From: an uncultured Planctomycetia bacterium | GTDB lineage: Bacteria > Omnitrophota > Gorgyraeia > Taenaricolales > CAZCCH01 | Assembly: GCA_964497315.1 (NCBI GenBank) | Contig: CAZCCH010000003.1 | Location: 23,346 to 87,345 of the forward strand | Direction: 5' to 3' | Length of the DNA: 64,000 bases | Shown here: positions 12,001 through 17,044 of the stretch, in pieces | Layout of the letters: every line of letters begins with the position of its first letter | How positions within the stretch are numbered: position 1 is the first letter of the stretch | Position numbers and translations under genes: made by a program | The notes under the pieces: model-generated | The model's input: only the letters and a program-made list of their open reading frames with translations | Databases searched by the model: none | Told to the model about the DNA's origin: nothing

Positions 12001-13733
12001 TAGATATATTGGTCTTAGGGGCAACAGAAGGCCAGATTACAAAAGAAAACGCAGGCGAGGTTCAAGCAAAAATAGTCCTCTGTCTTGCCAATGATCCAAT
12101 TACTGCAGAGGCAGAAGAGATTCTAACTGAAAGAGGCATATTGGTCATACCTGATTTTGTGGCAAACATAGGAGCAGTAAGCGTTTCTTGTTTTGAGATG
12201 TTACAAAATAAAGAAGGAAGAGCATGGACTTTAAATGAGACAAGAGGAAGACTAAAACATCTTATGCTAAGGAATCTCGGTGAGGTAATGGCTATTTCTG
12301 AAGAGGAAAATATAGGCTTAACTGCTGCTGGCTACAGGTTGGTTTTAAAGAGATGGAAGGAAGGCAATAGGGCTAAAGCTCCGGTAAGCCAGATAGAGAT
12401 TGGTAAATTGCCAGACTATTCCATGGCCGCCAGATTTACAGAGGGGACCATTACAGAGCACATTGCTTTTCTACAGAGACAAGCACGCAGTAGAGACGAA
12501 AGCAAAAAAAGTGCTATTGGATTTGGAATATCATATTATAAACCTTCACCTGCAACGCAACGGGTGCTTTTAGCAGATAGTGTTAGACATAGCAGACCTG
12601 GTATGCATGATGGTAGGCTTCAGGAAGAACCCAGATATGCAGTTTGGAAAGAAGGACATGAAATTTACCTAGTAGGCGATATTACGCATGCTGAGCATCA
12701 GCCAAACGAAAGATTGGTGCAACGTTTAAAGGACGCTAATCTTAGAGGTATTTGTATTACTCGCCAAGCACTTCTTGATAAAAGCGTACAACCAGCTCTA
12801 AAATGGATGCTTGGAAATATCGCAAGGGCTTCAAAGGATTTAGACGGTCATGGTCAGCAAGTAACTATGCCAAAGAAGGAGCCAAAAGTAACAATTGAAC
12901 TTGCCCTTGTAGACAAAGAAGATTTTTATTTGTTTGTAAGTAAAGTTAAGGATTCTCATTCCACCAGATTTACAGAAACGACTAAGCTATCGACAGACAC
13001 ACCATCTATAAGTCCAACAGATGCATTCCTTGAATTAAGGAGAGATTTCCCTGATGCAACATTAGCAAAAGGACCATTTAAGATAGTACTTCCAGCAGCA
13101 ATGTTTGCTGAAAATGCAGACTCTGAAACAATAGGTAGCTCTTTAGCTGAAATAGCAGAAGTTGCTGCCGCAAGATATGCAACAGCAATTACTGTAGAGG
13201 TAGTCACTGAGGAGAATTTATTTAATCCAAGAGCCCATAGACTAGCAGAGAAAATAAACGCTAGCTTACATCAAGGAAGAGACATCTCAGGGCTTCTTAC
13301 TCAAGTAAGAAATGAAACAACCTTTACCCTTGGAAGTCAAGCACACCTTGAGAGCCTACTAAACCAACTAAGCCTAGGTCTTAATGTCCAATGGAAGGGT
13401 ATTGCATGGGATGATTTAAGAATAAATGAAACAAACACAGATAGACTAATAACAGCAGTTGATTTGATTTTTAGCTTAATAGAGCTTTATGCAGGAAAGA
13501 ATACCCGTAGCTTAGTACCAGAATTAATGGAAGGTGTTAGGCAAAGGTTAGCTGCCTTAGATATAACAGGCTATGATGATGATTCAATATTAAGCCTTGT
13601 ATCAGATGACTTGGAAGCAGCTATAAATGCAGCAAGAAAACTACGTAAACTCCTACCTTCTGCTGAAAAAGCTAGCTTTGGCAGATACTTCATGAGGCTA
13701 CAACAGTCTCTAGAATTCAGAAGGCAGATTTAA
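3..13733 (+). CDS. Giant modular protein (>4560 aa, 5'-truncated) with 19 [AST]R[FY][STA]E-delimited modules including PfkB kinase, receiver domain, alpha/beta hydrolase and Glu/Leu/Phe/Val dehydrogenase
   Basis: The frame is open with no stop from position 3, so GTG 51 is probably not the true start; TAA at 13731-13733. Domain motifs: TPGGPG...TGMGD, LLLVE...IVD...AKP, LFHG...GHSYGG, PKGG...GGAK...PATDIG...QGAGKVA...IPDFVAN. Confidence 0.93.
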   Translation: MTKSIPPAEITPDRIAVITESLNPMSRSTKRLRKEAARTLRQLQPTRFTEERLLIGREDELDWHTESLVSPYHQGRIYEILKYYDFEDGRHESIPLASLILREGSAYFLSYEAGPGTSNTFEVTRREGEAGPRVTVVEGYITNLTDLPWFKEIVNRREWALPNEEVAYRLALLLTSKTSTTQLSMARLYSSTNTHSGHYENINRPEGASLKILTERISKYLSGHKVEDRSVLVHRLRFESLGLLDANLEAFVVDVSPVPESAARFTEFRELVEKWEEKLKTRDHTGLEADLALLSSYADDDMADKALLKRAHPLLNRMGKLRERAKTRAAKLAKAQAISASPEGQIITHLKGMAKHHGKKLDAVWLNANGAYERSFDRGFSRVKVPGDVARRIKRNGLKAVAISKLRTLTKAKYAKDVMWILKNLSSVMSQLRKQREEGEGINAMRLNNLVVYVSGFDGDDEIYGIAIKTARSYAAGARIRLGRIPLLDIKKWRPVSAAARFTEVSQTGAILPLQTAANIVAGVLEQDRPANIYLYTKPGREILTFQRNEDGDIIEVSRGRHETIEDPSTAVSRRLSEFRGDDFLVTTKPASKEADVSKVEETAVLTVFPESVAAPKTLDDARELVSETLQVIGTGYSVGGILSSLEAFTTDFEVEITENEVNDYIASLASFEGDGSREGFNEIIADLRACLFQLRGFTKRTAMPARYSELTFPVEIKGISAVGDVAFTSDFGHIQIVNVKGRLSLQTNPAVNGSIYKWREDDEDGGWYLTSGTGIKYIGEREALGKNIRKAIDNRTKARYSEQQNLPQRLHQQIMDVLGPQGITPAAGLSLMNLPIPRLERLADIVSPNWRDNRDLEVLIARHRLDNGLQAYLGDRFFALIRDNELIVREQKFDMTISGSAMYDYIVDADEIGVEIPEWLHYEDLAIAEPGQVDKELDALDDLGEEGDKLGQAVRDARTPGGPGQAEAIVAAHLGARVRGVFTLGHDGEELLLRMRRAGVDVTRVEQDPNKRTAMTFVVSGGGKTAFGHEMGADDNLNLNNLRPEDYQVQVFHVGGPALTPTYMRQLPKVFANAKREGAITSMDMVADPLWLWKELKDKGDAAKICRDLDVLMLSTKEVKYHADLLEGQSKEEAEQLMIEEAEKIVEELLAMGVKTVVYKLGEHGAVVGSRDSLIFEGADPTRTPIHQYADHFKIEATGMGDAMSGTFATMLARTDKHGEDDTLNGEMAFGTLGQLMTVSTAAASIAGEQEGGGGDLGHSPKEKLLERHIELQGKPEFRRAIARIDGKTTRDQAGSRYSESPRLPLGREDRVVVLGKEIFVGRIPGRDIGQWLPRALSGPAGNVMRIIMRETPPTATDADGVEIARKFSIHDTNWYSPEVTATTKADSTPINPIEAAKQVLKEDKGYELRKDRLTLYIIGPARFAEGKLLLVENNDDVVNTVKRSLARRGVEEEDIIVVKTGEDAQQHLRGADIAVAIVDLTLDGDMTGEEVLAEALGRSIPRVVFSGDVDMDPSRRRRVEALAKDAVFAKPRDFTAAIDKAVALGADSLKRAKFVTSLRELGYIDSAMDVSERPEDEPFRKALVRFLASEIGPRMASMPVYPKKVKGGSGWFSLPDETKRYYVSWSRSGQTPQKEDVFKFSVGADHKLFSNVPKTVFLGGMTTIKSTEIEIVEDESARFSEADKLRLHAEDTAFGLNGLDVPEIPLPKLPRPQEGGETWASISNPPKHRIWSTSGSLAGRSTRTDEKDPARFSEKSLNEARTAVREASEVISTGMDTVLKRTGEVDPIISVQPDGRMIWTKSGRQFVKSDDGIWTTVIDRDGTKQQFRPKSNVGRALNRVVANWRDELRGTSPAPEYGGAHERDRRVAAARYTEAKANDIVEITSIEGELDLMTETMQQIRGPLARLLKEEDIEIIVRSDTIAFVGNAFLNSLSINTCLFALREFHKAVAERDFATARRKLTDAQRKLAEVKRSLPKSPKAQEEIVTPLERATRSFDAYLKTATSRRRFRNAKRARYSEGPIDQAVEVLRFRTLLFIGTGKKTKPAGLDSLISKTDAKPLVCSAVPAEIIHDIDRETIPGPSPKLPVLVFKDQSTFERYYDAATETHPDIMMIILMPTQARGIDFDIAYPPSGKKAPYITIASKASEAAWANAIVRLASTIDVMRQDGIFGSPDATQAEQARYSEATLSDLADGYDMTDADRRLVSMLSSESNEARETAISRFTRAFGNVKTIEANRKNLEGMRVVPTKVIGWFHSSIDDLVSYRGYRCLMPYHPLLLEVAKAAHKYNAEEGTDYQPYATGPWVSASYAGLNPIADGRYKPYIYWCDGFGRSFSNLPVELITEIKDIAKRDALIGPLKTNMTEAQIEDALLGRLSADPTFLMDRVRLALIIGDDLEVAGAKLWASEQVSVNRLLEGTLTLAGAAPLNAREEGPKLLVKVIHRLVEGRKSFCGEFEKPGRSVGANLVEFLKGAEPRADLGGRITTVLENFRIDKDGFEGLREAVLKDLAQSNPTEQYPLNERLKEAAESVLLARPELETRDAPPFFEGGEGITNNPDGSVTFNSSIQNQRGRVAFMVDFPEAKHFQRGRRPVVFLFHGLSGHKTEPHLQEFAEWFRQRGFAVVRIDFTNNKIGDKPNESGGNLQDFSIAGEMGDFLSVAEHLIETMSGWLNFSRTYVGGHSYGGLVARGVRELARLNSESAVARLGIQGVIDMSGIVSPAGSARKAIQRALIQKVLSEGRAQDEGEAGSIVSYEDVQETYETWRRDRNLELFAGGQRFFLRDDDGAIDWEQYDAVDALSKFPKDVPYVYIIGTEDVGVRCTGLEQENQASRFIAAVESRPLGKVLEFDMEHAYPGELLPEIISAAGEALRIPEEARYSERIEPLEVLTGKQAMEVILGQLEKTEELYITLGYDNPNFRVREGSIVCNGKGVEGFPGSEIFKHLRGVHNYFYQSQIRPGDSPTNYRTAWSLNSIALTALERIDASELGAEQIEILNILKVAAVSVDKFFGESFSDPARFSEPKDAEALEKKREGLKADVKAIADARERVLEVLMKSKTADGKPMTEDITGLIPQCKLTKDLPGGIMAFLLSLVGKENNVLLAYSGGSILSLVYNEGASDGEWDTSTELLDEYKASTEKPILTSTRRAILANPDTEMSTDDLLKGGATEDEIIAWARYNRFKMRPIGGNNYAVTGRSQESARFTEGTVIKNVRFFPSQDLPTMLFEISRENSFESLEVHYSTKKAGGKWGGYTIFKPTIETGAFWRVAHVTLSSLSANSKWAFFSRGKTLILLADVPGDEAQVKEQLDSMLKGVRLGDPYEILEPSLVEEIPPDSKQARFTETTIPLKELMQKEDLERGAYFVTQDLSPELIGIAIELLQEPKLAILAEEGATFTAKHEPGVANDTITSISIDVPLTNRLVKAAASGITLHRLKISQHIDPDTGMNHLEFAIANPAAETFPEFAGFTAVDDDAALLGLAKGFSNVMRADRDIRSLLAETVTEEETEDVIPFEERAREAGVELVEPEKWTDITEELKTIARTIIENVGLRLSRPKLLLSSTRSMVEQPSLSDGEAISNVVILAYFANGIPCDFSAEQQKDTNWIAFSAVDQRSPYEVGRVLMPQGLSGLTAFTQAAFAIAEHNAFSPEEEQARFTESRQYVMPEGEARALTEDVDTGGVIRKYGDGILTPSEIDELEKVEKAAVFDIKFLREGSAEEMLVFHCYGYLHNSRLGTPKGGVAIGDEKAVTSEKIKKKAFLMTIKDALAGFFHAGYPFGLGGAKFGIVMPEGIKISDLTDIELERLARTWTKALYERNLIGPDIYVPATDIGLDEKRGPKFMAWVASEYRNIVDEDHPEVVTSKTVVGDDFGNIDPTGGIEGKVGATKHGGLYVIEEVLKAENLQRLSKRFRALEGLTPGLVGKEVAVQGAGKVALIAELLQQTSEATVKAWSDEDGGYYEEKGLNVAELCRPEGFVAAGEFLRTKPGFPLTNSITNVALLKLPVDILVLGATEGQITKENAGEVQAKIVLCLANDPITAEAEEILTERGILVIPDFVANIGAVSVSCFEMLQNKEGRAWTLNETRGRLKHLMLRNLGEVMAISEEENIGLTAAGYRLVLKRWKEGNRAKAPVSQIEIGKLPDYSMAARFTEGTITEHIAFLQRQARSRDESKKSAIGFGISYYKPSPATQRVLLADSVRHSRPGMHDGRLQEEPRYAVWKEGHEIYLVGDITHAEHQPNERLVQRLKDANLRGICITRQALLDKSVQPALKWMLGNIARASKDLDGHGQQVTMPKKEPKVTIELALVDKEDFYLFVSKVKDSHSTRFTETTKLSTDTPSISPTDAFLELRRDFPDATLAKGPFKIVLPAAMFAENADSETIGSSLAEIAEVAAARYATAITVEVVTEENLFNPRAHRLAEKINASLHQGRDISGLLTQVRNETTFTLGSQAHLESLLNQLSLGLNVQWKGIAWDDLRINETNTDRLITAVDLIFSLIELYAGKNTRSLVPELMEGVRQRLAALDITGYDDDSILSLVSDDLEAAINAARKLRKLLPSAEKASFGRYFMRLQQSLEFRRQI
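2685..3780 (+). other. PfkB/ribokinase-family carbohydrate kinase module within the giant ORF (approximate bounds)
   Basis: N-terminal signature TPGGPGQAEAIVAAHLGARV..LGHD; C-terminal signature IEATGMGDAM (DTTGAGD-like); VVYKLGEHGA. Confidence 0.85.
4284..4640 (+). other. Response-regulator receiver (REC) module within the giant ORF
   Basis: KLLLVENND...IAVAIVDLTLDGDMTGEEV...PRVVFSG...VFAKP; begins directly after ARFAE. Confidence 0.85.
7716..8627 (+). other. Alpha/beta-hydrolase module within the giant ORF
   Basis: VVFLFHGLSGHK, GFAVVRIDF, nucleophile elbow GHSYGG, IIGTED, candidate catalytic His in MEHAY; ends at ARYSE. Confidence 0.85.
10965..12428 (+). other. Glu/Leu/Phe/Val dehydrogenase (GdhA-like) module within the giant ORF
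   Basis: HNSRLGTPKGG, MTIKDALAG, GGAKFGI, VPATDIG, VAVQGAGKVA, LANDPIT, VIPDFVANIGAVSVS; fills the whole interval between two ARFTE motifs. Confidence 0.92.
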
Positions 13734-13747
13734 GGTTTAAAGTACCT

Positions 13748-13778
13748 TACCCCCTCTCAAAAAGAGGGGGTATTTTTT
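13748..13778 (+). terminator. Rho-independent terminator of the giant ORF
   Basis: Stem TACCCCCTCT / AGAGGGGGTA, loop CAAAA, followed by T6. Confidence 0.9.
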
Positions 13779-13935
13779 ACATAATTGCCTACAAACAAAT
13801 AAGTTATAGCAAAATACCTATTTTCTGTGTAATAATATATATATTTAAGTGTTATATATAGTAAGACTAAAAACTTATGAAAAACCTTTAGTAAAACTAG
13901 CAAAAAACAGCAAGAATCAGGGGGGGCTCAAAAAA

Positions 13936-16900
13936 ATGTTTAGGCAAAAACTTATGAATTCACATTTATTTAGAATAATATCACTAGTAATATTAATGGC
14001 CTTTACAGGTTCAATAGCATATCCAGGGCTTAGCTTTGCTGAGCCTTTTTCTTTTGAAGACACTTTAAGGCCAAAAAGTACAGCAGAAAATGAAGTAGCA
14101 AGGCAGGAGCTATTAAATGCTTTTGGTGTAGAAGAAGACGTAGAAGAAATAGCAGAAGAACCAAAGATTACACAGTTTCCGCTTTCTCCACAAGATAAAA
14201 CCCTTGGTATGGTTGCTAGATTTTCAGAGATGCAAAGGCTATGGGCTTCCCCTGATAGCGGCGAAGACGTATTCTATGATGAAAAGACAAGGGGTTTACG
14301 TGTTCACAAAAAAAGTTTAAGAGCAGGCGTTGCACGCCTAACCAGGCTTGGTGGAGTAAAACAGATACCTTTATTTTCACTTCTTGCTGATTTTATAAGA
14401 GAGCATGCAAGTGAATTTACACTAACTCCCGATGGAACAAGTTTAGAAAGGGTTACCGCAGACACTCCAGACTTTGGGTATAAACTTTATCTGCAGGCTA
14501 CCAAAGACGATGCTGCAGCAGTTTTAAGAGATTTGTTACCCTATTTATTTGAACCTAAGGGTTTTGATGAGGATATATTTTTCAGGTGTGTAGTTAATGA
14601 GGATCAACTAGCTCAAGTACCTGACGGTACGCTTATTACAATATACCCACCAGGCAATAGCATGATAGAACAAAGGTTAAATGCATTCACAATAGCCAAG
14701 GCCTTAGATGACCTTTTCCTAAACGCAAATTTAGAGATGGATCCTTCCGCAGGGCTACCCGCGCAACCATACAGAAAGGTAGTTGGAGAGAGTGGAAGAG
14801 TCCGTGCAAAATGGGATTCGATGACTGAGGAAGCTGCAGATGCCTTAGTCCAAATACGTACTGAAGCCGCTTTTTTAGACGCCAGGAACAAGTCGCCGCT
14901 TAACAATGTAGAAGTGGCTACTCCCCTGGAAGATTATTTGGCCGAATTTGGAGCTGAGCAACTGGCAACTTTCTTGCCTATATTACCATCTGAAGATGGT
15001 GAGGAGGTCGCCAGGTTTACAGAGAGTAATAAAACAGCAGAAGCAGTAGTAGAGGATGACGAGGACATTTCTGGTTTACCTTCATACACTGAAAGCGAAT
15101 GGCAGATAGCAACCGAAGCTTTGGGCAGAGAGCCAGTACTAAGCCGAGCAGAAGATGAAATAGGAATGATGATGACCATGGTGGCGCAGCATGGCTGGAC
15201 CTTGGAAGAGGCGGCACGCTATTACGCAAAGGCAGAACAAGAAGCAGCCACTCGCGAAAGCTTATCAGATACCAACGCCTTGCCAGAATGGCAGGATGAG
15301 GAAACCACGTCGACATACACTGAAGACGAATGGCGTACAGTAACCACCGAATTCATGGAAGTTCTAGGCCGAGCACCAATAGTGAGTTGGAGAGAAGATG
15401 AGATGTGGCAAGTTAAGCAATATGCGCAGGAAGGGAAAACTGGGCTAAGGGCTGCAGCGCGCAAATACGCAGAGGAAGAACTAGCATATAGGAGACGCGG
15501 CATGCAGACAGAGCGAGATGAGATGGGAGAAGTCGCCAGGTTTACAGAGGCGGTGGCGATAGATGCAAATGGTGCCCACCCTCTCATCGCTATAGCTAAA
15601 CACGCCAAAAGCAATGGAGACTTTTTTGCTGCACGGGATGGAGACTTTTTTACTGGACAGGGAAGAATAATGAAAGTTACAAATAGTACTAGCACAGCCA
15701 CGCGATTTTGGCTTGCAAGGGCAAAAGGTGTTAAATATGGCGTTAAGATAAATGCAACCATGGAAGGATATCAGGCGCATACGAGATGGTATTTCGATCA
15801 TGATGATACTCTTTATGTGCGAATGGGGCCCCGCGATTACGGAGAGTCTGTAGGAGATCGGAGGCGCATAGCAGCAGCCAGGAAAATTTGCGAAGCAGCA
15901 GCAGCTGCAGAGGTCAGTCAGGCACGCTACGCGGAAGCATCTGAAGTTCCGCCAGCTGAGCCTGTTATGACAGTTATGAAAGAAGCTGGCCTTGGTACAA
16001 GAGTAGTTAGGATACCTGATGAGTTTGTACCTTTAGCCACAGACAAAACTCCTGTGAGAGTACTAAAAGAAGCTGGTTTTGCTACGAGATTGGTAAGTAA
16101 AACACCTGCAAAGCCTACTGATGTAGAAGATGCCGATGCAACCCGCTTCTCTGAAGCTACAACCTTACCACAAGTTAATAGGATTACAGCCAGTAGAATT
16201 ACCCAAGCCACAACTGGTCTAACAGTAGATGAGCTAGTAGGAATAATCAACTCTGGAGTTGGTTTACAAGCAGCAATTGAAGACATAGCAAACATGAGTG
16301 AGTTTGACATAGACTTAGCCTTGCCAGAAGTAAGAAAACAAGTAAATGATGCTGCATGGGGTAACTTAATAGATACTATTGAGAACCAAGCACAAACCGA
16401 CCTCACACAATTAAAACCTCGAATAGCACGCAGCCCATGGGGTAGTAATTATACACGGCTTTCAGAAGCTGCAAGCAAAGTGCAAGGAGGTAATTTCTTT
16501 AGCGTTGTACTTAAATCAAGCCTTGGCAGCATACTTGATGACAGGGCCATATTAAGAGAAAGGGCCGCTGAATATGACATTACGCTACAAGATATTACTG
16601 TTGCAACAATAGATAACCTTGAAGCTGCTGTCCAGCAAATGGCTTCTGAATTAAACCAAAAAGGTACCCAAAGAGCATGCTTTTTCTTAGGTGCAATACC
16701 TAAAGAATTACAAGATAGAGTTACAAAGTTAGCAGAACAACTAAGAGAGCAAAACCCAAATATAATAAACTTAAACATTATATTTGCACCAACACCTTTA
16801 GAAAATCCAATAACCGCCCAACCTGATGTAGTATCTTACATGCAGGCATTTACAGAAGGTTTCTCAAGCAATCAGCTAGTTACACTCTTAACTAGAGGAT

Positions 16901-16983
16901 TGCGCTTGCCTAGTGGCTTATTGGGTGAATTAGGTCAGGTCATGAGACAATTAGACCTTGCTGAAATACTAAGAAACATCTAA
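13936..16983 (+). CDS. Secreted modular protein (~1015 aa) with N-terminal signal peptide and 5 [AT]R[FY][STA]E motifs; paralog-like partner of the giant ORF
   Basis: ATG 13936 follows a G-rich SD-like run. Signal-like N-terminus MFRQKLMNSHLFRIISLVILMAFTGSIAYPGLSFA. Motif Arg codons at 14218, 15013, 15538, 15925, 16144, plus a degenerate TRLSE at 16456. Confidence 0.88.
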   Translation: MFRQKLMNSHLFRIISLVILMAFTGSIAYPGLSFAEPFSFEDTLRPKSTAENEVARQELLNAFGVEEDVEEIAEEPKITQFPLSPQDKTLGMVARFSEMQRLWASPDSGEDVFYDEKTRGLRVHKKSLRAGVARLTRLGGVKQIPLFSLLADFIREHASEFTLTPDGTSLERVTADTPDFGYKLYLQATKDDAAAVLRDLLPYLFEPKGFDEDIFFRCVVNEDQLAQVPDGTLITIYPPGNSMIEQRLNAFTIAKALDDLFLNANLEMDPSAGLPAQPYRKVVGESGRVRAKWDSMTEEAADALVQIRTEAAFLDARNKSPLNNVEVATPLEDYLAEFGAEQLATFLPILPSEDGEEVARFTESNKTAEAVVEDDEDISGLPSYTESEWQIATEALGREPVLSRAEDEIGMMMTMVAQHGWTLEEAARYYAKAEQEAATRESLSDTNALPEWQDEETTSTYTEDEWRTVTTEFMEVLGRAPIVSWREDEMWQVKQYAQEGKTGLRAAARKYAEEELAYRRRGMQTERDEMGEVARFTEAVAIDANGAHPLIAIAKHAKSNGDFFAARDGDFFTGQGRIMKVTNSTSTATRFWLARAKGVKYGVKINATMEGYQAHTRWYFDHDDTLYVRMGPRDYGESVGDRRRIAAARKICEAAAAAEVSQARYAEASEVPPAEPVMTVMKEAGLGTRVVRIPDEFVPLATDKTPVRVLKEAGFATRLVSKTPAKPTDVEDADATRFSEATTLPQVNRITASRITQATTGLTVDELVGIINSGVGLQAAIEDIANMSEFDIDLALPEVRKQVNDAAWGNLIDTIENQAQTDLTQLKPRIARSPWGSNYTRLSEAASKVQGGNFFSVVLKSSLGSILDDRAILRERAAEYDITLQDITVATIDNLEAAVQQMASELNQKGTQRACFFLGAIPKELQDRVTKLAEQLREQNPNIINLNIIFAPTPLENPITAQPDVVSYMQAFTEGFSSNQLVTLLTRGLRLPSGLLGELGQVMRQLDLAEILRNI
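15058..15483 (+). repeat. Two-copy ~60-aa internal repeat in the second modular protein
   Basis: SYTESEWQIATEALGREPVLSRAEDEI...AARYYAKAE versus TYTEDEWRTVTTEFMEVLGRAPIVSWREDEM...AARKYAEEE. Confidence 0.8.
15961..16095 (+). repeat. Short two-copy peptide repeat
   Basis: PVMTVMKEAGLGTRVV versus PVRVLKEAGFATRLV. Confidence 0.75.
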
Positions 16984-17013
16984 TAAATAGGTACAACCAT
17001 TTATTGATTACTT

Positions 17014-17044
17014 ACCCTCTCCCCAAAAGGGAGGGGGTTTTTTT
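17014..17044 (+). terminator. Rho-independent terminator of the second modular gene
   Basis: Stem ACCCTCTCCC / GGGAGGGGGT with one G-U pair, loop CAAAA, T-tract. Confidence 0.88.

Larger units (their letters stand above)
138..12977 (+). repeat. 19 dispersed in-frame copies of the peptide motif [A/S/T]-R-[F/Y]-[S/T/A]-E
   Basis: Arg codons at 141, 792, 1503, 2121, 2400, 3894, 4272, 5040, 5259, 5619, 6054, 6552, 8631, 9054, 9603, 10014, 10953, 12432, 12966, all in the frame of the giant ORF. Confidence 0.95.

Noticed and set aside
138-12977. Modules as inteins or the giant ORF as a read-through artefact
   Set aside because: Module boundaries show no Cys/Ser...His-Asn splice motifs, and the frame has no internal stops while other genes in the window use all three stop codons normally.
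138-16155. AR[FY][ST]E repeats as a CRISPR array or integron attC sites
   Set aside because: The repeats are only ~15 nt, vary at synonymous positions, are not palindromic, and are separated by 219-2079 nt of in-frame coding sequence. No cas or integrase genes are present.
138-16155. The motif as a prepilin-peptidase (G|FTLxE) site
   Set aside because: There is no Gly at -1, Glu is at +3 rather than +5, and no hydrophobic helix follows.
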